Part shown: positions 1-15,900 of the stretch, piece by piece | Position numbering within the stretch: the first letter of the stretch is position 1 | How the letters are laid out: each line of letters begins with the position of its first letter | NCBI RefSeq assembly: GCF_009914755.1 | Contig: NC_060925.1 | Direction: 5' to 3' (one strand) | Length of the DNA stretch: 64,000 nucleotides | Source: the human T2T-CHM13v2.0 reference genome, Homo sapiens | Program-made: the position numbers and the translations under genes | Notes under the pieces: generated by a model | The model's input: only the letters and a program-made list of their open reading frames with translations | Databases searched by the model: none | What the model was told of the DNA's origin: nothing

Positions 1-3000
1 TCGAATGGAATCATCTTCTAATGGAAAGGAATGGAATCACCGCATAGAATCGAATGGAATTAACATAGAATGGACTCGAATGGAATCCACATCAAACGGA
101 ATCAAGCGGAATTATCGAATGGAATCGAAGAGAATCATCGAATGGACTCGAATGGAATCATCTAATGGAATGGAATGGAATAATCCACGGACTCGAATGC
201 AATCATCATCGTATAGAATCGAATGGAATCATTGAATGGACTCGAATGGAATAATCATTGAACGGAATCAAATGGAATCATCATCGGATGGAAACGAATG
301 GAATCATCATGGAATGGAAAAGAAAAGAGTCATCATCTAATGGAATTGCATGGAATCATCATAAAATGGAATCGAATGGAATCAACATCAAATGGAATCA
401 AATGGAATCATTGAACGGAATTGAATGGAATCGTCATCGAATGAATTGAATGCAATCATCGAATGGTCTCGAATGGAATCATCTTCTAATGGAAAGTAAT
501 GGAATCATCGCATAGAATCGAATGGAATTAAAATTGAATGGACTCGAATGGAATCAACATCAAACGGAAAAAAAGGGAATTATCGAATGGAATCGAAGAG
601 AATCATCGAATGGACCCGAATGGAATCATCTAATGGAATGGAATGGAATAATCCATGGACTCGAATGCAATCATCATCGAATGGAATCGAATGGAATCAT
701 CGAATGGACTCGAATGGAATAATCATTGAACGGAATCGAATGGAATCATCATCGGATGGAAACGAATGGAATCATCATCGAATGGAAATGAAAGGAGTCA
801 TGTAATGGAATTACATGGAATCATCATAAAATGGAATTGAATGGAATCAACATCAAATGGAATCCAATGGAATCATTGAACGGAATTGAATGAATCGTCT
901 TCGAATCAATTGAATGCAATCATCGAATGGTCTCGAATGGAATCATGTTCAAATGGAATGGAATGGAATCATCGCATAGAATCGAATGTAATTATCGTCG
1001 AATGGAATCGAATGAAATCAACAACAAACGGAAAAAAAAAGGAATTATCGAATGGAATCAAAGAGAATCATCAAATGGACCCGAATGGAATCATCTAATG
1101 GAATGGAATGGAATAATCCATGGACTCGAATGCAATCATCATCGAATGGACTCGAATGGAATAATCATAGAACGGAATCGAATGGAATCATCATCGGATG
1201 GAAATTAATGGAATCATCATCGAATGGAATCGAATAGAATTATGGAATGAAATCCAGTGTGATCATCATCGAATGCACCCGAATGGAATCATCATCCAAC
1301 GGAATCTAATGGAAACAACATCGAATGAATCGAATGGAAACACCATCGAATTGAAACGAGTGGAATTATCATGAAATTGAAATGGATGGACTCATCATCG
1401 AATGGATTCGAATGGAATCATCGAATAAAATTGATTGAAATCATCATCAAATGGAATCGAATGGTATCATTGAATGGAATCGAATGGAATCATCATCAGA
1501 TGGAAATGAATGGAATCGTCATAGAATGGAATCGAATGGATTCATTGAATGGAATCAGATGGAATCATCGAATGGACTGGAATGGAATCATTGAATGGAC
1601 TCGAGAGGGATCATTATTGAATGGAATTGAATGGAATCATGGAATGGTCTCGATTGGAATCATTATCAAATGGAATCGAATGGAATCACCGAACAGAATC
1701 GAATGGAACCATCATCGAATGGACTCCAATGGAATTATCCTCAAATGGAATCGAATGGAATTATCGAATGCAATCGAATGGAATTATCGAATGCAGTCGA
1801 ATAGAATCATCGAATGGACTCGAATGGAATCATCGAATGGAATGGAATGGAACAGTCAATGAACTCGAATGGAATCATCATTGAATGGAATCGAATGGAA
1901 TCATCGAGTGGAATCGAATGGAATTATGATCAAATGGAATCGAATGTAATCATCATCAAATGGAATCAAAGATAACCATCATCAATTGGTATTGAATGGA
2001 ATTGTCATCAAATGGAATTCAAAGGAATCTTCACCAAATGGAACCGAAAGGAATCCTCATTGAATGGAAATGAAAGGGGTCATCATCTAATGGAATCGCA
2101 TGCAATCATCATCAAATGGAATCGAATGGAATCATCATCAGATGGAATCTAATGGAATCATTGAACAGAATTGAATGGAATCGTCATCGAATGAATTGAA
2201 TGCAATCATCGAATGGTCTCGAATGGAATCATCTTCAAATGGAATGGAATGGAATCATCGCATAGAATCGAATGGAATTATCATCGAATGGAATCGAATG
2301 GAATCAACATCAAACGGAAAAAAACGGAATTATCGAATGGAATCGAAGAGAATCATAGAATGGTCCCGAATGGAATCGTCTAATGGAATGGAATGGAATA
2401 ATCCATGGACTCGAATGCAATCATCATCGAATGGAATCGAATGGAATCATCGAATGGACTCGAATGGAATAATCATTGAACGGAATCGAATGGAATCATC
2501 ATCGGATGGAAATGAATGGAATCATTATCGAATGGAATCGAATAGAATTATGGAATGAAATCCAGTGTCATCATCATCGAATGGACCTGAATGGAATCAT
2601 CATCCAACGGAAGCTAATGGAATCAACATCGAATGAATCGAATGGAAACACCATCGAATTGAAACGAGTGGAATTATCATGAAATTGAAATGGATGGACT
2701 ATTCATCGAATGGATTCGAATGGAATCATCGAATAAAATTGATTGAAATCATCATCAAATGGAATCGAATGGTAGCATTGAATGGAATCGAATGGAATCA
2801 TCATCAGATGGAAATGAATGGAATCGTCATAGAATGGAATCCAATGGATTCATTGAATGGAATCAGATGGAATCTTCGAATGGACTGGAATGGAATCATT
2901 GAATGGACTCAAAAGGGATCATTATTGAATGGAATTGAATGGAATCATCGAATGGTCTCGATTGGAATCATTATCAAATGGAATCGAATGGAATCACCGA

Positions 3001-6000
3001 ATAGAATCGAATGGAACAATCATCGAATGGACTCAAATGAAATTATCCTCAAGTGGAATCGAATGGAATTATCGAATGCAATCGAATGGAATTATCGAAT
3101 GCAATCGAATAGAATCATCGAATGGACTCGAATGGAATCATCGAATGGAATGGAATGGAACAGTCAATGAACTCGAATGGAATCATCATTGAATGGAATC
3201 GAATGGAATCATCGAGTGGAATCGAATGGAATTATGATCAAATGGAATCGAATGTAATCATCATCAAATGGAATCAAAAATAACCATCATCAATTGGTAT
3301 TCAATGGAATTGTCATCAAATGGAATTCAAAGGTATCATCATCAAATGGAACCGAATGGAATCCTCATTGAATGGAAATGAAAGGGGTCATCATCTAATG
3401 GAATCGCATGGAATCATCATCAAATGGAATCGAATGGAATCATCATCAAATGGAATCTAATGGAATCATTGAACAGAATTGAATGGAATCGTCATCGAAT
3501 GAATTGAATGCAATCATCGAATGGTCTCGAATGGAATCATCTTCTAATGGAAAGTAATGGAATCATCGCATAGAATCGAATGGAATTAAAATTGAATGGA
3601 CTCGAATGGAATCAACATCAAACGGAAAAAAACGGAATTATCGAATGGAATCGAAGAGAATCATCGAACGGACCCGAATGGAATCATCTAATGGAATGGA
3701 ATGGAATAATCCATGGACTCGAATGCAATCATCATCGAATGGAATCGAATGGAATCATCGAATGGACTCGAATGGAATAATCATTGAACGGAATCGAATG
3801 GAATCATCATCGGATGGAAAAGAATGGAATCATCATCGAATGGAAATGAAAGGAGTCATCATCTAATGGAATTGCATGGAATCATCATAAAATGGAATCG
3901 AATGGAATCAACATCAAATGGAATCCAATGGAATCATTGAACGGAATTGAATGGAATCGTCATCGAATCAATTGAATGCAATCATCGAATGGTCTCGAAT
4001 GGAATCATGTTCAAATGGAATGGAATGGAATCATCGCATAGAATCGAATGTAATTATCATCGAATGGAATCGAATGAAATCAACAACAAACGGAAAAAAA
4101 AGGAATTATCGAATGGAATCAAAGAGAATCATCGAATGGACACGAATGGAATCATCTAATGGAAGGGAATGGAATAATCCATGGACTCGAATGCAATCAT
4201 CATCGAATGGAATCGAATGGAATCATCGAATGGACTCGAATGGAATAATCATAGAACGGAATCGAATGGAATCATCATCGGATGGAAATGAATGGAATCA
4301 CCATCGAATGGAATCGAATAGAATTATGGAATGAAATCCAGTGTGATCATCATCGAATGGACCCGAAGGGAATCATCATCCAACGGAAGCTAATGGAAAC
4401 AACATCGAATGAATCGAATGGAAACACCATCGAATTGAAACGAGTGGAATTATCATGAAATTGAAATGGATGGACTCATCATCGAATGGATTCGAATGGA
4501 ATCATCGAATAAAATTGATTGAAATCATCATCAAATGGAATCGAATGGTATCATTGAATGGAATCGAATGGAATCATCATCAGATGGAAATGAATGGAAT
4601 CGTCATAGAATGGAATCGAATGGATTCATTGAATGGAATCAGATGGAATCATCGAATGGACTGGAATGGAATCATTGAATGGACTCGAGAGGGATCATTA
4701 TTGAATGGATGAATGGAATCATGGAATGGTCTCGATTGGAATCATTATCAAATGGAATCGAATGGAATCACCGAATAGAATCGAATGGAACAATCATCGA
4801 ATGGACTCCAATGGAATTATCCTCAAATGGAATCGAATGGAATTATCGAATGCAATCGAATGGAATTATCGAATGCAATCGAATAGAATCATCGAATGGA
4901 CTCGAATGGAATCATCGAATGGAATGGAATGGAACAGTCAATGAACTCGAATGGAATCATCATTGAATGGAATCGAATGGAATCATCGAGTGGAATCGAA
5001 TGGAATTATGATCAAATGGAATCGAATGTAATCATCATCAAATGGAATCAAAGATAACCATCATCAATTGGTATTGAATGGAATTGTCATCAAATGGAAT
5101 TCAAAGGAATCATCACCAAATGGAACCGAAAGGAATCCTCATTGAATGGAAATGAAAGGGGTCATCATCTAATGGAATCGCATGGAATCATCATCAAATG
5201 GAATCGAATGGAATCATCATCAGATGGAATCTAATGGAATCATTGAACAGAATTGAATGGAATCGTCATCGAATGAATTGAATGCAATCATCGAATGGTC
5301 TCGAACGGAATCATCTTCTAATGGAAAGGAATGGAATCATCGCATAGAATCGAATGGAATTAACATTGAATGGACTCGAATGGAATCAACATCAAACGGA
5401 ATCAAGCGGAATTATCGAATGGAATCGAAGAGAATCATCGAATGGACTCGAATGGAATCATCTAATGGAATGGAATGGAATAATCCACGGACTCGAATGC
5501 AATCATCATCGTATAGAATCGAATGGAATCATCGAAAGGACTCGAAAGGAATAATCATTGAACGGAATCGAATGGAATCATCATCAGATGGAAACTAATG
5601 GAATCATCATCGAATGGAAATGAAAGGAGTCATCATCTAATGGAATTGCATGGAATCATCATAAAATGGAATCGAATGGAATCATCATCAAATGGAATCA
5701 AATGGAATCATTGAACGGAATTGAATGGAATCGTCATCGAATGAATTGAATGCAATCATCCAATGGTCTCGAATGTAATCATCTTCAAATGGAATGGAAT
5801 GGAATCATCGCATAGAATCGAATGGAATTATCATCGAATGGAATCGAATGGAATCAACATCAAATGGAAAAAAACGGAATTATCGAATGGAATCGAAGAG
5901 AATCATCGAATGGACCCGAATGGAATCATCTAATGGAATGGAATGGAATAATCCATGAACTCGAATGCAATCATCATCGAATGGAATCGAATGGAATCAT

Positions 6001-9000
6001 CGAATGGACTCGAATGGAATAATCATCAAACGGAATCGAATGGAATCATCATCGGATGGAAATGAATAGAATCATCATCGAATGGAATCGAATAGAATTA
6101 TGGAATGAAATCCAGTGTGATCATCATCGAATGGACCCGAATGGAATCATCATCCAACGGAAGCTAATGGAATCAACATCGAATGAATCGAATGGAAACA
6201 CCATCGAATTGAAACGAATGGAATTATCATGAAATTGAAATGGATGGACTCATCATCGAATGGATTCGAATGGAATCATCGAATAAAATTGATTGAAATC
6301 ATCATCAAATGGAATCGAATGGTATCATTGAATGGAATCGAATGGAATCATCATCAGATGGAAATGAATGGAATCGTCATAGAATGGAATCGAATGGATT
6401 CATTGAGTGGAATCAGATGGAATCATCGAATGGACTGGAATGGAATCACTGAATGGACTCGAAAGGGATCATCATTGAATGGAATTGAATGGAATCATCG
6501 AATGGTCTCGATTGGAATCATTATCAAATGGAATCGAATGAAATCACCGAATAGAATCGAATGGAACAATCATCGAATGGACTCAAATGGAATTATCTTC
6601 AAATGGAATCGAATGGAATTATCGAATGCAATCGAATGGAATTATCGAATGCAATCGAATAGAATCATCGAATGGACTCGAATGGAATCATCAAATGGAA
6701 TGGAATGGAACAGTCAATGAACTCGAATGGAATCATCATTGAATGGAATCGAATGGAATCATCGAGTGGAATCGAATGGAATTATGATCAAATGGAATCG
6801 AATGTAATCATCATCAAATGGAATCAAAAATAACCATCATCAATTGGTATTGAATGGATTTGTCATCAAATGGAATTCAAAGGAATCATCATCAAATGGA
6901 ACCAAATGGAATCCTCATTGAATGGAAATGAAAGGGGTCATCATCTAATGGAATCGCATGGAATCATCATCAAATGGAATCGAATGCAATCTTCATCAAA
7001 TGGAATCTAATGGAATCATTGAACAGAATTGAATGGAATCGTCATCGAATGAATTGAATGCAATCATCGAATGGTCTCGAATGGAAACATCTTCTAATGG
7101 AAAGGAATGGAATCATCGCATAGAATCGAATGGAATTAACATTGAATGGACTCGAATGGAATCCACATCAAACGGAATCAAGCGGAATTATCGAATGGAA
7201 TCGAAGAGAATCATCCAATGGACTCGAATGGAATCATCTAATGGAATGGAATGGAATAAGCCACGGACTCGAATGCTATCATCATCGTATAGAATCGAAT
7301 GGAATCATCGAATGGACTCGAATGGAATAATCATTGAACGGAATCAAATGGAATCATCATCGGATGGAAACGAATGGAATCATCATCGAATGGAAATGAA
7401 AAGAGTTATCATCTAATGGAATTGCATGGAATCATCATAAAATGGAATCGAATGGAATCAACATCAAATGGAATCAAATGGAATCATTGAACGGAATTGA
7501 ATGGAATCGTCATCGAATGAATTGAATGCAATCATCGAATGGTCTCGAATGGAATCATCTTCAAATGGAATGGTATGGAATCCTCGCATAGAATCGAATG
7601 TAATTATCATCGAATGGAATCGAATGAAATCAACAACAAACGGAAAAAAAAGGAATTATCGAATGGAATCGAAGAGAATCATCGAATGGACCCGAATGGA
7701 ATGATCTAATGGAATGGAATGGAATAATCCATGGACTCGAATGCAATCATCATCGAATGGAATCGAATCGAATCATCGAATGGACTCGAATGGAATAATC
7801 ATTGAACGGAATCGCATGGAGTCATCATCGGATGGAACTGAATGGAATCATCATCGAATGGAATCGAATAGAATTATGGAATGAAATCCAGTGTGATCAG
7901 CATCGAATGGACCCGAATGGAATCATCATCCAACGGAAGCTAATGGAATCAACATCGAATGAATCGAATGGAAACACCATCGAATTGAAACGAATGGAAT
8001 TATCATGAAAGTGATATGGATGGACTCGTCATCGAATGGATTCGAATGGAATCATCGAATAAAATTGATTGAAATCATCATCAAGTGGAATCGAATGGTA
8101 TCATTGAATGGAATCGAATGGAATCATCAGATGGAAATGAATTGAATCGTCATAGAATGGAATCGAATGGATTCATTGAATGGAATCAGATGGAATCATC
8201 GAATGGACTGGAATGGAATCATTGAATGGACTCGAAAGGGATCATTATTGAATGGAATTGAATGGAATCATCGAATGGTCTCGATTGGAATCATTATCAA
8301 ATGGAATCGAATGGAATCACCGAATAGAATCGAATGGAACAATCATCGAATGGACACAAATGGAATTATCCTCAAATGGAATCGAATGGAATTATCGAAT
8401 GCAATCGAATGGAATTATCGAATGCAATCGAATAGAATCATCGAATAGATTCGAATGGAATCATCGAATGGAATGGAATGGAACAGTCAATGAACTCGAA
8501 TGGAATCATCATTGAATGGAATCGAATGGAATCATCGAGTGGAATCGAATGGAATTTTGATCAAAAGGAATCGAATGTAATCATCATCAAATGGAATCAA
8601 AAATAACAATCATCAATTGGTATTGAATGGAATTGTCATCAAATGGAATTCAAAGGAATCATCATCAAATGGAACCGAATGGAATCCTCATTGAATGGAA
8701 ATGAAAGGGGTCATCATCTAATGGAATCACATGGAATCATCATCAAATGGAATCGAAAGGAATCATCATCAAATGGAATCTAATGGAATCATTGAACAGA
8801 ATTGAATGGAATCGTCATCGAATGAATTGAATACAATCATCGAATGGTCTCGAATGGAATCATCTTCTAATGGAAAGGAATGGAATCATCGCATAGAATC
8901 GAATGGAATTAACATTGAATGGACTCGAATGGAATCAACATCTAACGGAATCAAGCGGAATTATCGAATGTAATCGAAGAGAACCATCGAATGGACTCGA

Positions 9001-9796
9001 ATGGAATCATCTAATGGAATGGAATGGAATAATCCACGGACTCGAATGCAATCATCATCGTATAGAATCGAATGGAATCATTGAATGGACTCGAATGGAA
9101 TCATCATTGAACGGAATCGAATGGAATCATCATCGGATGGAAACGAATGGGATTATCATCGAATGGAAATGAAAGGAGTCATCATCTAATGGAATCGCAT
9201 GGAATCATCATAAAATGGAATTGAATGGAATCAACATCAAATGGAATCAAATGGAATCATTGAACGGAATTGAATGGAATCGTCATCGTATGAATTGAAT
9301 GCAATCATCGAATGGTCTCGAATGGAATCATCTTCAAATGGAAAGGAATGGAATCATCGCATAGAATCGAATGGAATTATCATCGAATGGAATCGAAAGG
9401 TATCAACATCAAACGGAAAAAAACGGAATTATCGAATGGAATCGAAGAGAATCATCGAACGGACCCGAATGGAATCATCTAATGGAAAGGAATGGAATAA
9501 TCCATGGACTGGAATCCAATCATCATCGAATGGAATCGAATGGAATCATTGAAAGGACTCTAATGGAATAATCATTGAACGGAATCGAATGGAATCATCA
9601 TCGAATGGAAACTAATGGAATCATCATCGAATGGAAATGAAAGGAGTCATCTAATGGAATTGCACGGAATCAACATAAAATGGAATCGAATGGAATCAAC
9701 ATCAAATGGAATGAAATGGAATCATTGAACGGAATTGAATGGAATCTTCATCGAATGAATTGAATGCAATCATCGAATGGTCTCGAATGGAATCAT
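1..9796 (+). repeat. Macro-repeat copy 1 (continues off the left edge)
   Basis: Its series of private variants recurs in the same order at offsets 50564, 50587 and 54137. Examples: GGAAAAGAAAAGAGT ~316, GTCATGTAAT ~797, TGAATGGATGAATGG ~4702, GGACTGGAATCCAAT ~9506. Confidence 0.92.
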
Positions 9797-9949
9797 CTTC
9801 AAATGGAATGGAATGGAATCATCGCATAGAATTGAATGGAATTATCATCGAATGGAATCGAATGGAATCAACATCAAACGGAAAAAAACGGAATTATCGA
9901 ATGGAATCGAAGAGAATCATAGAATGGTCCAGAATGGAATCATCTAATG

Positions 9950-12900
9950 GAATGGAATGGAATAATCCATGGACTCGAATGCAATCATCATCTAATGGAA
10001 TCGAATGGAATCATCGAATGGACTCGAATGGAATAATCATTGAACGGAATCGAATGGAATCATCATCGGATGGAAATGAATGGAATCATTATCGAATGGA
10101 ATCGAATAGAATTATGGAATGAAATCCAGTGTCATCATCATCGAATGGACCCGAATGGAATCATCATCCAACGGAAGCTAATGGAATCAACATCGAATGA
10201 ATCGAATGGAAACACCATCGAATTGAAACGAGTGGAATTATGATGAAATTGAAATGGATGGACTCATCATCGAATGGATTCGAATGGAATCATCGAATAA
10301 AATTGATTGAAATCGTCATCAAATGGAATTGAATGGAAGCATTGAGTGGAATCGAATGGAATCATCATCAGATGGAAATGAATGGAATCGTCATAGAATG
10401 GAATCGAATGGATTCATTGAATGGAATCAGATGGAATCTTCGAATGGACTGGAATGGAATCATTGAATGGACTCGAAAGGGATCATTATTGAATGGAATT
10501 GAATGGAATCATCGAATGGTCTCGATTGGAATCATTATCAAATGGAATCGAATGGAATCACCGAATAGAATCGAATGGAACAATCATCGAATGGACTCAA
10601 ATGAAATTATCCTCAAGTGGAATCGAATGGAATTATCGAATGCAATCGAATGGAATTATCGAATGCAATCGAATAGAATCATCGAATGGACTCGAATGTA
10701 ATCATCAAATGGAATGGAATGGAACAGTCAATGAACTCGAATGGAATCATCATTGAATGGAATCGAATGGAATCATCGAGTGGAATCAAATGGAATTATG
10801 ATCAAATGGAATCGAATGTAATCATCATCAAATGGAATCAAAAATAACCATCATCAATTGGTATTCAATGGAATTGTCATCAAATGGAATTCAAAGGTAT
10901 CATCATCAAATGGAACCGAATGGAATCCTCATTGAATGGAAATGAAAGGGGTCATCATCTAATGGAATCGCATGGAATCATCATCAAATGGAATCGAATG
11001 GAATCATCATCAAATGGAATCTAATGGAATCATTGAAAGAATTGAATGGAATCGTCATCGAATGAATTGAATGCAATCATCGAATGGTCTCGAATGGAAT
11101 CATCTTCTAATGGAAAGGAATGGAATCATCGCATAGAATCGAATGGAATTATCATCGAATGGAATCGAATGGTATCAACACCAAAAGGAAAAAAACGGAA
11201 TTATGGAATGGAATCGAAGAGAATCTTCGAACGGAACCGAATGGAATCATCTAATGGAATGGAATGGAATAATCCATGGACTCGAATGCAATCATCAACG
11301 AATGGAATCGAATGGAATCATCGAATGGACTCGAATGGAATAATCATTGAACGGAATCGAATGGAATCATCATCGGATGGAAACGAATGGAATCATCATC
11401 GAATGGAAATGAAAGGAGTCATCATCTAATGGAATTGCATGGAATCATCATCAAATGGAATCGAATGGAATCAACATCAAATGGAATCAAATGGAATCAT
11501 TGAACGGAATTGAATGGAATCGTCATCGAATGAATTGAATGCAATCATCGAATGGTCTCGAATGGAAACATCTTCAAATGGAATGGAATGGAATCATCGC
11601 ATACAATCGAATGGAATTATCATCGAATGGAATCGAATGGAATCAACATCAAACGGAAAAAAACGGAATTATCGAATGGAATCGAAGAGAATCATCGAAT
11701 GGACCCGAATGGAATCATCTAATGGAATGGAATGGAATAATCCATGGACTCGAATGCAATCATCATCGAATGGAATCGAATGGAATCATCGAATGGACTC
11801 GAATGGAATAATCATTGAACGGAATCGAATGGAATCATCATCGGATGGAAATGAATGGAATCATCATCGAATGGAATCGAATAGAATTATGGAATGAAAT
11901 CCAGTGTGATCATCATCGAATGGACCCGAATGGAATCATCATCCAACGGAAGCTAATGGAATCAACATCGAATGAATCAAATGGAAACACCATCGAATTG
12001 AAACGAATGGAATTACCATGAAATTGAAATGGATGGACTCATCCTCAAATGGATTCGAGTGGAATCATCGAATAAAATTGATTGAAATCATCATCGAATG
12101 GAATCGAATGGTATCATTGAATGGAATCGAATGGAATCATCATCAGATGGAAATGAAAGGAATCGTCATAGAATGGAATCGAATGGATTCATTGAATGGA
12201 ATCAGATGGAATCATTGAATGGACTGGAATGGAATCATTGAATGGACTCGAAAGGGATCATTATTGAATGGAATTGAATGGAATCATCGAATGGTCTCGA
12301 TTGGAATCATTATCAAATGGAATCGAATGGAATCACCAAATAGAATCGAATGGAACAATCATCGAATGGACTCAAATGGAATTATCCTCAAATGGAATTG
12401 AATGGAATTATCGAATGCAATCGAATGGAATTATCGAATGCAATCGAATAGAATCATCGAATGGACTCGAATGGAATCATCGAATGGAATGGAATGGAAC
12501 AGTCAATGAACTCGAATGGAATCATCATTGAATGGAATCGAATGGAATCATCGAGTGGAATCGAATGTAATCATCATCAAATGGAATCAAAAATAACCAT
12601 CATCAAATGGAATCAAAAATAACCATCATCAATTGGTATTGAATGGAATTCTCATCAAATGGAATTCAAAGGAATCATCATCAAATGGAACCGAATGGAA
12701 TCCTCATTGAATGGAAATGAAAGGGGTCATCATCTAATGGAAGCGCATGGAATCATCATCAAATGGAATCGAATGGAATCAACATCAAATGGAATCAAAT
12801 GGAATCATTGAACGGAATTGAATGGAATCGTCATCGAATGAATTGAATGCAATCATCGAATGGTCTCGAATGGAATCTTCTTCAAATGGAATGGAATGGA

Positions 12901-15900
12901 ATCATCGCATAGAATCGAATGGAATTTTCATCGAATGGAATCGAATGGAATCAACATCAAACGGAAAAAAACGGAATTATCGAATGGAATCGAAGAGAAT
13001 CACCGAATGGACCCGAATGGAATCATCTAATGGAATGGAATGGAATAATCCATGGACTCGAATGCAATCATCATCGAATGGAATCATCGAATGGACTCGA
13101 ATGGAATAATCATTGAACGGAATCGAATGGAATCATCATCGGATGGAAATGAATGGAATCATCATCGAATGGAATCGAATAGAATTATGGAATGAAATCC
13201 AGTGTGATCATCATCGAATGGACCCGAATGGAATCATCATCCAACGGAAGCTAATGGAATCAACATCGAATGAATCAAATGGAAACACCATCGAATTGAA
13301 ACGAATGGAATTACCATGAAATTGAAATGGATGGACTCATCCTCAAATGGATTCGAGTGGAATCATCGAATAAAATCGATTGAAATCATCATCGAATGGA
13401 ATAGAATGGTATCATTGAATGGAATCGAATGGAATCATCATCAGATGGAAATGAAAGGAATCGTCATAGAATGGAATCGAATGGATTCATTGAATGGAAT
13501 CAGATGGAATCATTGAATGGACTGGAATGGAATCATTGAATGGACTCGAAAGGGATCATTATTGAATGGAATTGAATGGAATCATCGAATGGTCTCGATT
13601 GGAATCATTATCAAATGGAATCGAATGGAATCACCGAATAGAATCGAATGGAACAATCATCGAATGGACTCAAATGGAATTATCCTCAAATGGAATCGAA
13701 TGGAATTATCGAATGCAATCGAATGGAATTATCGAATGCAATCGAATAGAATCATCGAATGGACTCGAATGGAATCATCGAATGGAATGGAATGGAACAG
13801 TCAATGAACTCGAATGGAATCATCATTGAATGGAATCGAATGGAATCATCGAGTGGAATCGAATGTCATCATCATCAAATGGAATCAAAAATAACCATCA
13901 TCAAATGGAATCAAAAGTAACCATCATCAATTGGTATTGAATGGAATTCTCATCAAATGGAATTCAAAGGAATCATCATCAAATGGAACCGAATGGAATC
14001 CTCATTGAATGGAAATGAAAGGGGTCATCATCTAATGGAATCGCATGGAATCATCATAAAATGGAATAGAATGGAATCAACATCAAATGGAATCAAATGG
14101 AATCATTGAACGGAATTGAATGGAATCGTCATCGAATGAATTGAATGCAATCATCGAATGGTCTCGAATGGAATCATCTTCAAATGGAATGGAATGGAAT
14201 CATCGCATAGAATCGAATGGAATTATCATCGAATGGAATCGAATGGAATCAACATCAAACGGAAAAAAACGGAATTATCGAATGGAATCGAAGAGAATCA
14301 TCGAATGGACCCGAATGGAATCATCTAATGGAATGGAATGGAATAATCCATGGACTCGAATGCAATCATCATCGAATGGAATCGAATGGAATCATCGAAT
14401 GGACTCGAATGGAATAATCATTGAACGGAATCGAATGGAATCATCATCGGATGGAAATGAATGGAATCATCATCGAATGGAATCGAATAGAATTATGGAA
14501 TGAAATCCAGTGTGATCATCATCGAATGGACCCGAATGGAATCATCATCCATCGGAAGCAAATGGAATCAACATCGAATGAATCGAATGGAAACACCATC
14601 GAATTGAAACGAATGGAATTATCATGAAATTGAAATGGATGGACTCATCATCGAATGGATTCGAATGGAATCATCGAATAAAATTGATTGAAATCATCAT
14701 CAAATGGAATCGAATGGTATCATTGAATGGAATCGAATGGAATCATCATCAGATGGAAATGAATGGAATCGTCATAGAATGGAATCGAATGGATTCATTG
14801 AATGGAATCAGATGGAATCATCGAATGGACTGGAATGGAATCATTGAATGGACTCGAAAGGGATCATGATTGAATGGAATTGAATGGAATCATCGAATGG
14901 TCTCGATTGGAATCATTATCAAATGGAATCGAATGGAATCACCGAATAGAATCGAATGGAACAATCATCGAATGGACTCAAATGGAATTATCCTCAAATG
15001 GAATCGAATGGAATTATCGAATGCAATCGAATGGAATTATCGAATGCAATCGAATAGAATCATCGAATGGACTCGAATGGAATCATCGAATGGAATGGAA
15101 TGGAACAGTCAATGAACTCGAATGGAATCATCATTGAATGGAATCGAATGGAATCATCGAGTGGAATCGAATGGAATTATGATCAAATGGAATCGAATGT
15201 AATCATCATCAAATGGAATCAAAAATAACCATCATCAATTGGTATTGAATGGAATTGTCATCAAATGGAATTCAAAGGAAACATCATCAAATGGAACCGA
15301 ATGGAATCCTCATTGAATGGAAATGAAAGGGGTCATCATATAATGGAATCGCATGGAATCATCATCAAATGGAATCGAATGGAATCATCATCAAATGGAA
15401 TCTAATGGAATCATTCAACAGAATTGAATGGAATCGTCATCGAATGAATTGAATGCAATCATCGAATGGTCTCGAATGGAACCATCTTCTAATGGAAAGG
15501 AATGGAATCATCGCATAGAATCGAATGGAATTGTCATCGAATGGAATCGAATGGTATCAACACCAAACGGAAAAAAACGGAATTATCGAATGGAATCGAA
15601 GAGAATCTTCGAACGGACCCGAATGGAATCATCTAATGGAATGGAATGGAATAATCCATGGTCTCGAATGCAATCATCATCGAATGGAATCGAATGGAAT
15701 CATCGAATGGACTCGAATGCAATAATCATTGAACGGAATCGAATGGAATCATCATCGGATGGAAACGAATGGAATCATCATCGGATGGGAATGAAAGGAG
15801 TCATCATCTAATGGAATTGCATGGAATCATCATCAAATGGAATCGAATGGAATCAACATCAAATGGAATCAAATGGAATCATTGAACGGAATTGAATGGA

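Noticed and set aside
2729-2745. AATAAA once per unit as a polyadenylation signal
   Set aside because: The hexamer is expected by chance in A-rich satellite. There is no downstream GU/U-rich element, and the sequence alone gives no transcript evidence.
15595-15620. Possible heat-shock element (GAATCTTCGAA)
   Set aside because: It has only two correctly spaced nGAAn/nTTCn units, and the third is out of phase.
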